DNA of 64,000 nt from Alphaproteobacteria bacterium. Its GTDB lineage: Bacteria > Pseudomonadota > Alphaproteobacteria > MPNO01. The notes beneath the pieces are model-generated. The model was given only the letters and a program-made list of their open reading frames with translations, had not been told where the DNA came from and made no database searches. Of this stretch, positions 38,955 through 48,036 are shown piece by piece. The stretch's first letter is position 1; each line of letters starts with the position of its first letter. A program made the position numbers and the translations under genes. The DNA is taken from the NCBI GenBank assembly GCA_965248835.1, contig CBDFLJ010000002.1:2464001-2528000 (forward strand), in the 5' to 3' direction.

Positions 38955-40586
38955 CTAATCGTCCTCGCCTTCGATCCAGCGGACCGGGGTCTCGGGCTCA
39001 ACCCCGCTGCGCCGCCGCTGGGCGGTCAGCCGGCCGTTCTCCAGGTAGTCGCCGGCCGCCGCGCGCCGCGCCGCCAGCTCCCAGGCCCCGTTCCAGTCGC
39101 CCAGCGAATAGCCGTGCCACGGGCTCTGCGGCACCAGCGGCGGCAGGTCGAGCGCCTCCCAGATCGTCTTGGCGCGCTCCATGTAGTCCTGCCGGGGCAG
39201 GGCGACCGGCGGCATGTCGCTCTTGAGCGTTGCATCGACCAGCATCGTGGAGTCCTCGAAATCCGGATCCTCGGTCTTCGGCCCGTGGCCGCGGTGGCGG
39301 TGGTCGAGAACGGCGGAATCCTCGCGCGGGTTGGCGCGGTAGGCCATCGACCACCACACCGCATCGGCGTTCTCGGGGTCGATGTCGTCGGAGACCGCAA
39401 CGACGTATTTCCCGCACGCCGATTGCAGGCTGGACGCGCCATAGAGCGCACGCCACACCTCGGTTCGCGGCACGCCGCGCTCGAATTGCAGGAAAATCAC
39501 GCGGCGGATGTTGGTCAGCGGCTCATGCATCACCACACGCCTGATGCCGCGGATCCCGAGATGGGTCTTGAGATGGGCGAGGAACAGCGGCTCGTAGGCG
39601 ACCCGTTTGATGACCGAGGACTCGCTCGGCGTCACCTGGCTGATGATCGAGGTGAAGACCGCATCGCGCCGATGGGTGATCGCGCTCACCGCCATGATCA
39701 TGTTGTAGTCCTCGAGAGCGATATGGCCGTGGCTCTCGCCGAACGGCGCTTCGGGCTCGACCAGCTCGGTATCGATCAACCCTTCGATGACGATCTCGGA
39801 CTCCGCCGGCACCGTCAGGTCGACCGTGCGGCAACGGGTCACCCGGATCGGCGCGCCCGCGATACCGCCGGCGACCGCGACTTCGTCCAGGCCCATGCGC
39901 AGCTTTTGCGGCGCGCAATAGGCGACCGCCGGCGGCGGGCCGAGCACGATCGCGCACGGCATCTTGCGGCCGCGTTTGCGGTATTCGAGCCAGTGCCGGT
40001 AGCCTTCCGCTCCGCCCGCCCGCGTCGCCATGCGGACCGCCAGCCGGTCGGGCGCCTTGAGGCCCGCGCGGTAGGTGCCCATATTCTGCACCCCGGTCTC
40101 GGGGTTCCTGGTCACGCACCCGGTCGCAGTGAGATAGGGCGCGCAGTCGAACCCGGGCGTGGAGATCGGCACCGGCAGGGCATCGAGCCCGGCGCCCGCG
40201 CCCTGGAGCGCCGCGCCCTCGATCACCACGTCCTGGCACGGCGCGTCGTCGACCTCGACGGGGGCGATCGGGTTGGCAATCGCCTCGCCCCAGCGCTCGC
40301 CGATGCGCTCGACCGGCACGCCCATGCCGATCCGGTAGATCTCTTCATTGGCCGCCAGTGCGCCGATCACCACCGGCATGTCGTAGTGCCGGCCCTTGGC
40401 GTCGGTCACGTTGGTGAACAGGAACGCCCTGCGCCGGGCCTCCGCCAGCCCGCCGCGGAACTGCCAACGCACCAGCGGGTGCATCTCGGTGTCCTTGTCG
40501 ATCGGCCGATCGACACGGAACAGGAGCCCGGCGCGCTCCAGCGCGGCCAGGTGTGCCCGCAGGTCGGGATAGCCGGGCGCGCCCAC
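38955..40586 (-). CDS. UbiD-family prFMN-dependent (de)carboxylase, paralogue 2
   Basis: NMGTYR, EIVIEG, EAPFGESHG and VDAT; start at GTG 40586 or 40592. Confidence 0.9.
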   Translation of the reverse strand: MGAPGYPDLRAHLAALERAGLLFRVDRPIDKDTEMHPLVRWQFRGGLAEARRRAFLFTNVTDAKGRHYDMPVVIGALAANEEIYRIGMGVPVERIGERWGEAIANPIAPVEVDDAPCQDVVIEGAALQGAGAGLDALPVPISTPGFDCAPYLTATGCVTRNPETGVQNMGTYRAGLKAPDRLAVRMATRAGGAEGYRHWLEYRKRGRKMPCAIVLGPPPAVAYCAPQKLRMGLDEVAVAGGIAGAPIRVTRCRTVDLTVPAESEIVIEGLIDTELVEPEAPFGESHGHIALEDYNMIMAVSAITHRRDAVFTSIISQVTPSESSVIKRVAYEPLFLAHLKTHLGIRGIRRVVMHEPLTNIRRVIFLQFERGVPRTEVWRALYGASSLQSACGKYVVAVSDDIDPENADAVWWSMAYRANPREDSAVLDHRHRGHGPKTEDPDFEDSTMLVDATLKSDMPPVALPRQDYMERAKTIWEALDLPPLVPQSPWHGYSLGDWNGAWELAARRAAAGDYLENGRLTAQRRRSGVEPETPVRWIEGEDD

Positions 40587-41344
40587 TACCACATGGCCGA
40601 GCCGCCATCGACCACCACGGTCTGGCCGGTGACGAAGTCGCTGTCAGCCGAGGCCAGGTAGACGCAGGCACCGACCAGATCCTCGGGCGTCTCCTCGCGC
40701 TTGAGCGCGCGGGTGGCGGTCGTCGCCGTGGGATTGCCGCCCATCCAATTGGTGCGCTTCAAGACGTTCTCGCTCATCGTCGAGCCGGGCGCGATTGCGT
40801 TGACGCAGATATTGTCGCCGCCGACCTCGCGGGCGAGCGAGCGGGTGATGCCCAGGACCGCGGCCTTGGAGGCATCGTAGTGCAGGAAGAACGGCGAGCC
40901 CTTGAAGATCCGCCCGGTGCAGATCGAAATGATTTTTCCGTATTTCTGCTTGCGCATCGCGGGCACGGCCGCCTTGCAGCACAGCCAGACGCCCTTGACG
41001 TTGACCGCCATCAGCCGGTCCCACTCCGCGACCGGGATGTCGGTGAAGGGCTTGCGCTCGACGGCGGTGAAGATGGCGGCGTTGTTGACGATGATGTCGA
41101 GCTTGCCGAAGGCCTCGACCGTTGCCGCGACCATCGTCTGGCAGGCCGCCTCGTCGGAGACGTCGGTCGGCACATCGATCGCCCGCGCGCCGGAGGCCTC
41201 GATCTCGCCCACCACCTTGGCGCCGGTGTCCTGGTCGGCTATGGCGATGCTCGCGCCCTCGGCGGCCATGGCTCGGGCGAACGCGGCCCCAATCCCCTGC
41301 GCCGCGCCGGTGACTATCGCAACGCGTCCGTCAAGCCGTCCCAT
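40586..41344 (-). CDS. Short-chain dehydrogenase/reductase
   Basis: TGAAQGIG, NNAA, YDASK (YxxxK) and TGQTVVVDGG motifs. Confidence 0.92.
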   Translation of the reverse strand: MGRLDGRVAIVTGAAQGIGAAFARAMAAEGASIAIADQDTGAKVVGEIEASGARAIDVPTDVSDEAACQTMVAATVEAFGKLDIIVNNAAIFTAVERKPFTDIPVAEWDRLMAVNVKGVWLCCKAAVPAMRKQKYGKIISICTGRIFKGSPFFLHYDASKAAVLGITRSLAREVGGDNICVNAIAPGSTMSENVLKRTNWMGGNPTATTATRALKREETPEDLVGACVYLASADSDFVTGQTVVVDGGSAMW

Positions 41345-43008
41345 GTCAATTCCCCCTGCTCGCTGTCGGTACCGCTGGCGCCCGGATTGCCTTCGTTCAG
41401 CGTGCGCACCTCGGTGTTCATCGCGACGTCGCCGCGCCGGCGCTGGGCGATGATCTTGCCGGTCTCCCAGTACTCGCTCCTCACCGCGCGGCGCGCCATG
41501 ACCTCCAGGTCCTGGTTCCACTCGCCCAGATCATAGCCGAACCAGGGCCGCTCGGGCGTGAGTTTCGGCAGGCCGAGCTCGTTCCAGATCTCGGCGGCGG
41601 CCTCCATGTACTGGCGCTTGGGCAGCGAGACCGGCGGGAAGGTTTCCTTGAGCGTGGCGTCGACGAGGACCGCGCCGTCCTCGCTGTCGATCAGGCTGCG
41701 CGGGCCGTGGCCCTCGTCCTTGTGCCTGAGGATCTCGACATCGCGGTGGGGCTTGCAGCGGTAGGACATCGCCCAGAACACGGCATCGGTGTTGTCGGGA
41801 TCGATGTCTTCGTTGATCGCGATGATCCATTTGCCCTCCGCCCGGCGCAGCGAGGCGACGCCGTAGAGCGCGCGCCAGATCTCGGTGCGCGGCACGTCGC
41901 GGGCGAGCTGGATGACGATCAGCTTGTGAAGCGATGTCAGCGGCTCGTGGGTGGCGACGTGGACGACGCCCTTGATCCCCAGATGGTCGCGCAGGTGCTC
42001 GAGCTGGGCGGCCTCGTAGGCCGGCCGCTTGATGGCGCTGGATTCCGAGGGCGTGACCTGGCTGACCCACGACGTGATGACGGCCTCGGTTCTCCGCGTG
42101 ATCGCGGTGACGTCGACATAGCCGTTATATTCCTGGAGGTTGACGTGGCCGTGGCTCTCGCCGAACGGCGCCTCGGGCTCGAGGAGCTCGGTCGAGACAT
42201 AGCCTTCGATCACGACCTCGGCCTCGGCCGGCACCAGCAGCGGCACCGTCTTGGCCGCCACGACGTTCAGCGGCTTGCCGACAAGCCCGCCGGAGACCGC
42301 AAGCTCGTCGAGCTTCTCGGGCATCTTCTGGACCGCGGTGAACGAGACGATGGGCGGGCAGCCGAGCACGATTGCCACCGGCATCGGCGCGCCGCGCTTC
42401 TTCCACGCCTCCCAATGGATATAGCCGCCCGTGCGAAGCTCGATCGAGGTGTTCATGCCGATGCGGTTGGGCGCCTTCAGCATGCCGCGGTAGTTGCCCA
42501 TGTTCTGGACCCCGGTCTCGGGGTCCTTGGTGATGAAGTGCGAGGAGGTTGTGTAGGGCGCGTTGTCCCAGCCCGGCGTGGAGATCGGCACCGGCAGCGC
42601 ATCCAGCCCGTTGCCGTTCAGCAGGGAAGCGCCCTCGTGCACGATCTGCTGACAGGGCGCCTCGGCGACCACGTTGGGCGCGATCGGGTTGTTGAGCGCG
42701 CGGATCCAGTTCTCCTTGATCTCCTCCAGCGGCACGCCCATGCCGAGCTGGTAGACCGCCGCGTTGGCGGCAAGGCCGCAGACCAGCACCGGAATGTCGA
42801 AGTCGCGGCCTTTGGAATCGGTGACGTTGGTGAACAGGAACGCCTTGCGGTCCTCGGCCGGGATGCCGCCGCGGAACTGCCAGCGGACCAGCGGGTGCAT
42901 CTCGGTGTCCTTGTTGATCCGCCGGTCGACCTCGATGAGAAGGCCCGCCTCGCGCAGGGCAGCGATGTGTTCGTGCAGGTCTCGGTAGCCCCGCTCGGGC
43001 ATCGACAT
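41314..43008 (-). CDS. UbiD-family prFMN-dependent (de)carboxylase, paralogue 1
   Basis: NMGNYR, EVVIEG, EAPFGESHG and VDAT; AAGGAG upstream. Confidence 0.9.
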   Translation of the reverse strand: MSMPERGYRDLHEHIAALREAGLLIEVDRRINKDTEMHPLVRWQFRGGIPAEDRKAFLFTNVTDSKGRDFDIPVLVCGLAANAAVYQLGMGVPLEEIKENWIRALNNPIAPNVVAEAPCQQIVHEGASLLNGNGLDALPVPISTPGWDNAPYTTSSHFITKDPETGVQNMGNYRGMLKAPNRIGMNTSIELRTGGYIHWEAWKKRGAPMPVAIVLGCPPIVSFTAVQKMPEKLDELAVSGGLVGKPLNVVAAKTVPLLVPAEAEVVIEGYVSTELLEPEAPFGESHGHVNLQEYNGYVDVTAITRRTEAVITSWVSQVTPSESSAIKRPAYEAAQLEHLRDHLGIKGVVHVATHEPLTSLHKLIVIQLARDVPRTEIWRALYGVASLRRAEGKWIIAINEDIDPDNTDAVFWAMSYRCKPHRDVEILRHKDEGHGPRSLIDSEDGAVLVDATLKETFPPVSLPKRQYMEAAAEIWNELGLPKLTPERPWFGYDLGEWNQDLEVMARRAVRSEYWETGKIIAQRRRGDVAMNTEVRTLNEGNPGASGTDSEQGELTWDGLTDALR

Positions 43009-43277
43009 TCCGTCAAGCTCCTTTCCCGCCCATGCCGTATCTCCGGGCGCACAACGGTTCGATTTCGAAGGATCGGCAATCTAAGGCCCGCCTCCGACCC
43101 CCGCAACCGGGGCGGTCTGGAGCGGCCGGAGAATCGCTTTCGGATTCCGGTTCTCTCGGGCCGGTCGGCGCGTTCACGCTCCGGCGATCTGCGAAGCGGG
43201 TCGATTCAGGACGTTGCCGGCGCCGCCCCCCGGCGCAGCCGGTACCCGTTGAGCGCGAAGCCGGCCAGGACATGACA

Positions 43278-43306
43278 TTGATTCGCCGCGGCTGCGGTGC
43301 TATTAT
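43278..43306 (+). promoter_or_regulatory. Putative sigma70 promoter with extended -10 for the betaine synthesis operon
   Basis: TTGATT-N17-TATTAT with TGn immediately before the -10 box. Confidence 0.6.
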
Positions 43307-43311
43307 CAACC

Positions 43312-43566
43312 CACTGAAGGGATGGACCCCGTCAAGTAGGGCAAGGTCTCAACCTCGCCCGGCGGAGCCCAGGCAGACTGGCCGGCGTGTCCTGAAGGGA
43401 TACGAGCAGTTCCTCGCGCACCCGGCCGATCGTGCGGCAAGAATCGGGCGCAAACCTCCGGATATCGATCTCTCCGCAACCTGTGCCTGATCGAAGCAAC
43501 AACTGATAAAGGACGACAAATCCGCAGCGATATCAATCGCAAGGAATTGTCGCTGACGGGAGGCAA
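43312..43566 (+). ncRNA. Candidate structured 5' leader (cis-regulatory RNA) of gsmT-sdmT-BCCT
   Basis: About 255 nt between the promoter and the ATG with several hairpins, one ending 2 nt before the GGGAGG RBS. I did not recognise a known family. Confidence 0.35.
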
Positions 43567-44365
<799 letters not shown>

Positions 44366-44376
<11 letters not shown>

Positions 44377-45202
44377 GACCGAGGCGGTCGAACGCGCGGA
44401 AGCCTACTACGACAGCAGCCAAGCCGACGCGTTCTATCAGACCTTCTGGGGCGGCGAGGACATCCATATCGGGCTTTACGCGAGCGATGCGGAGCCCATT
44501 GCCGCGGCGAGCCGCCGGACGGTCGAGACCATGGCCGCACGGCTCGCCAAGGCCGACAAGACGACGCGCATCCTCGATCTCGGCGCCGGCTACGGCGGCT
44601 CGGCGCGCTACCTCGCCGGGACGTTCGGCTGCCGGGTGACCTGCCTCAACCTCAGCGAGACCCAGAACGCGCTCAACCGGAAGCTTACCGAGGAAGCCGG
44701 GCTTTCCGACCGCATCCGGGTCGTGCACGGCGATTTCGAGAACCTGCCCGAGCCCGACGGCAGCTACGAAATCGTCTGGTCGCAGGACGCCATTCTGCAC
44801 AGCGGCGACCGACCCCGCGTGCTCGACGAGGTCCGCCGCACCCTGGTCGATGACGGTCAGTTCGTCTTCACCGACCCGATGCAGTCCGACGACTGCCCGG
44901 ACGGTGTGCTGCAGCCAATCCTCGACCGGATCCAGCTCGCGACGCTGGGCTCGTTCGCGTTCTACCGCGCCGAACTCGCCCGGCGCGGCTTTCGTGAAGC
45001 CGCTGTCGAGCCCATGACGGACCAGCTCCGGACCCACTATTGGCGGGTTCGAAAGGAGCTGACAGACCGTTACGACGAAGCCGTGTCGGGGTCCGGGCAG
45101 ACCTATGTCGACACCATGATCAACGGGTTGCAGCATTGGGTCGACGGCGCCGACCGCGGCTACCTCGCCTGGGGCATCATGGACTTCCGAGCACCGGGCT
45201 AG
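44366..45202 (+). CDS. sdmT: Sarcosine/dimethylglycine N-methyltransferase
   Basis: YYDSSQADAFY, WGGEDIHIG, DLGAGYGG, WSQDAILH, FTDPMQ and LAWG; overlaps gsmT. Confidence 0.9.
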
Positions 45203-45234
45203 CGCAGTCCGCGCCGGGGCAAGGGGCTTGAACG

Positions 45235-46815
45235 ATGCCTCAGCAATATCGAACCGAATACCGGATCGGCCAGGACAATGTGCGCCGGTGGGGGATGGAC
45301 ATCCACCACCCGGTGTTCTGGGTCGCGGCCGCCCTGATCTTGGTGTTCGTCGTGGGCGCCCTGACCGCGCCCGGACCGGCCAGGCAGATCTTCGACGGCG
45401 CCAAGGGCTGGTCGATCGCCAATTTCGATTGGCTGTTCATGCTGGGAGGCAACGTCTTCGTCCTGTTCTGCCTGGTGCTGGTCTTCCTGCCGAGCGGCAG
45501 GATCCGTATCGGCGGCGCCGATGCGAAGCCGGAGTTCTCGACCCTGTCCTGGTTCGCGATGCTGTTCGCGGCCGGCATGGGCATCGGGCTGATGTTCTGG
45601 AGCGTGGCTGAGCCGACGGCCTATTACACCGACTGGTACGGCACCCCGCTCAATGCCGCGGCCAAGACGCCGGCCGGCGCCGATGCGGCGCTCGGCGCGA
45701 CGATGTTCCACTGGGGCCTCCATCCCTGGGCGATCTATGCCGTGGTCGGGCTGTCGCTGGCCTTCTTCAGCTTCAACAAAGGGCTTCCGCTGACCATCCG
45801 GTCGGGGTTCTTCCCGCTGCTAAAGGACCGCTCGTGGGGCTGGTTCGGCCACGCGATCGACATCATCGCGGTGCTTGCGACCATCTTCGGGCTCGCGACC
45901 TCGCTCGGATTCGGCGCGCAGCAGGCGGCCAGCGGACTCAAGTTCCTGTTCGGGATCGACAGCGGGATCGAAACCCAGGTCGTCATCATCGTCGGGGTGA
46001 CGGCGGTGGCCGTCATCTCCGTCGTCCGCGGGCTCGAGGGCGGCGTGAAGGTGCTGAGCAACATCAACATGAGCCTGGCCGCGATCCTGTTGCTGTTCGT
46101 GCTCATCGCCGGTCCCTCGCTCGCCATCGCGGGCGCCCTGGGCGCGGCGGCGTCGAGCTATGTCGAGAACATCATCCCGCTCAGCAACTGGATCGGCCGC
46201 GAGGACGACAAGTTCTTCCACGGCTGGACGGTCTTCTATTGGGCCTGGTGGATTTCCTGGTCGCCCTTCGTCGGCATGTTCATCGCCCGCATTTCCAAGG
46301 GCCGCACGGTGCGCGAGTTCATCGTCGCGGTCCTTCTGGTGCCGACCCTGGTGACGCTGGTCTGGATGGCGGCCTTCGGCGGCTCGGCGCTGGACCAGGT
46401 GCAAAACCAGGTCGGCGCGCTGGCCGGCGGCATCGGCGAGGTCTCGCTGGCGATGTTTCAGATGCTGGAAAACCTGCCGATCGCCGGGGTCTCCTCCTTT
46501 ATCGCGATCGTGCTGGTGCTGATCTTTTTCATCACCTCCTCGGACTCCGGCTCGCTGGTGATCGACAGCATCACCGCGGGCGGCAAGCTCGATGCCCCGG
46601 TGCCGCAACGGATCTTCTGGGCGACCATGGAAGGCCTCATTGCGGCCGTGCTCCTGATCGGCGGCGGCGGGGATGCGCTGGGTGCCCTGCAGGCTGCCGC
46701 CATCACCGTCGGCCTGCCGTTCACACTGGTCCTGCTTGCCCTGTGCGTCGGCCTCTGGATGGGCCTTGCCCACGAATGGCGTTTCGTACAGGGGCCGAAG
46801 GCGCCGCGCGCATAG
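45235..46815 (+). CDS. BCCT (betaine/choline/carnitine) transporter
   Basis: SWFAMLFAAGMGIGLMFW, FHWGLHPW, WTVFYWAWWISWSPFVGMFIARIS and TSSDSG motifs. Confidence 0.95.
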   Translation: MPQQYRTEYRIGQDNVRRWGMDIHHPVFWVAAALILVFVVGALTAPGPARQIFDGAKGWSIANFDWLFMLGGNVFVLFCLVLVFLPSGRIRIGGADAKPEFSTLSWFAMLFAAGMGIGLMFWSVAEPTAYYTDWYGTPLNAAAKTPAGADAALGATMFHWGLHPWAIYAVVGLSLAFFSFNKGLPLTIRSGFFPLLKDRSWGWFGHAIDIIAVLATIFGLATSLGFGAQQAASGLKFLFGIDSGIETQVVIIVGVTAVAVISVVRGLEGGVKVLSNINMSLAAILLLFVLIAGPSLAIAGALGAAASSYVENIIPLSNWIGREDDKFFHGWTVFYWAWWISWSPFVGMFIARISKGRTVREFIVAVLLVPTLVTLVWMAAFGGSALDQVQNQVGALAGGIGEVSLAMFQMLENLPIAGVSSFIAIVLVLIFFITSSDSGSLVIDSITAGGKLDAPVPQRIFWATMEGLIAAVLLIGGGGDALGALQAAAITVGLPFTLVLLALCVGLWMGLAHEWRFVQGPKAPRA

Positions 46816-46914
46816 CAAACCCTGCCCCATCGGCGGCTTTGCACCGACCGGCCGGCCGCCCTAAGCTGACCGACAACGCGGGCCTTCGGGCCGGCGACGC
46901 ACAGGGAGAATTCG

Positions 46915-47937
46915 ATGACTGCAAGACGTCTAACCACATTCCTGGCCGCGGCAGCGATGCTCTGTCTCGGCATCGCCGCCGCACCGGCCGGTGCCGATGT
47001 CGCCGGCTTCTACCGCGGCAAGACCGTGACCATCGTGGTGCCGGCCGGGCTCGGCGCCTCGCTCGGCCTCTATGGCCGGCTGCTGGCCGAGCACTGGCAG
47101 AACCACATTCCCGGCAACCCCAACGTGATCCTGCAGTCGCGGCCGGGCGGCGGGGGCACGAAGGGGGCAGCCTATATCTACAACGCCGCGCCCAAGGACG
47201 GCACGTGGGTTGCCGAGATCCTGGCGCCGTCGGTGCTGGCGCCGAGCCTGCGCAACGTCAAGTTCGATACCTTGAAGTTCCAGTGGCTCGGCTCGATCAC
47301 CCAGCGCCCGTCGGTCGTTTCCGTCTGGCACACCGCGCCGGCGACCACGCTGGAGGATGCCAAGAAAAAGGTGGTCGTCATGGGCTCGACCGGGCTGGGC
47401 TCGGAGACCTACCTGATGCCCAAGCTGATGAACCATTTGCTGGGCACCAGGTTCAAGATCGTCAAGGGCTACAAGGGCGGCGCTGCGATCAACAAGGCGA
47501 TGGCCCAAGGGGAGGTCCAGGGCCGGATGAACTACTGGACCGGCTGGACGACGGTCAAGGGCGACTGGCTGCGCGCCGGCAAGCTGGCCCACCTGGTCCA
47601 GTACGGCCCGCGTATCCCCGAGCTCAAGGACGTTCCGAGCATGATCGATCTGGTCTCGTCCGAAGAGGGCAAGAAGATGGTCCGCTTCATCGAGGTCAGC
47701 GAGCTGATCGGCATGGGCTTCTGGGTCGCGCCGGCGGTGCCGAAGGACCGCGTGGAAGCGCTGCGGGCCTCCTTCATGGCGACCATGAAGGACCCGGCGT
47801 TCCTCGCCGATGCCAAGAAGCGCCGCGCGCCGGTCGCGCCGATCGCGGGCGCCGAACTCGACCGCATCGTCGCCGCGGGGCTCGACGTATCGCCCGAGCT
47901 CGTCAAGAAAATGAAGGCAGTCTACGGCTTCAAGTAG
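46915..47937 (+). CDS. tctC: Tripartite tricarboxylate transporter substrate-binding protein (Bug/TctC family)
   Basis: Signal peptide, FYRGKTV, PGNP, PGGGG, APKDG, GYKGG and GEVQG motifs. Confidence 0.87.
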   Translation: MTARRLTTFLAAAAMLCLGIAAAPAGADVAGFYRGKTVTIVVPAGLGASLGLYGRLLAEHWQNHIPGNPNVILQSRPGGGGTKGAAYIYNAAPKDGTWVAEILAPSVLAPSLRNVKFDTLKFQWLGSITQRPSVVSVWHTAPATTLEDAKKKVVVMGSTGLGSETYLMPKLMNHLLGTRFKIVKGYKGGAAINKAMAQGEVQGRMNYWTGWTTVKGDWLRAGKLAHLVQYGPRIPELKDVPSMIDLVSSEEGKKMVRFIEVSELIGMGFWVAPAVPKDRVEALRASFMATMKDPAFLADAKKRRAPVAPIAGAELDRIVAAGLDVSPELVKKMKAVYGFK

Positions 47938-47956
47938 ACGTTCACGCTCGAACGCG

Positions 47957-47989
47957 AGGGGCGGGCCGCACACGGCCCGCCCCTTTTTC
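47957..47989 (+). terminator. Rho-independent terminator
   Basis: GGGGCGGGCCG-CACA-CGGCCCGCCCC (11-bp stem) followed by TTTTT, downstream of tctC. Confidence 0.85.
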
Positions 47990-48036
47990 ATGCCCATCAC
48001 GCCGAGCGGTCGCCGAGGCCGGCATCGCAGAATCGA

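Noticed and set aside
37313-43008. Repeated nucleotide blocks such as TGCATCTCGGTGTCCTTGT as a repeat array or CRISPR
   Set aside because: They are conserved coding segments of the three UbiD paralogues and have no repeat-spacer periodicity.
43032-43490. 152-aa ORF in the UbiD-gsmT intergenic region
   Set aside because: Pro/Arg-rich with no motif, and it overlaps the predicted promoter and leader.
43302-43510. Resemblance to a SAM-I riboswitch (TTATCA...GGG-ATGGA-CCC...GGCAA...GTGCC...TGATAA)
   Set aside because: The putative P1 5' strand overlaps the predicted -10 box, and the pseudoknot complement and P4 are not evident. Kept only as an unclassified leader.
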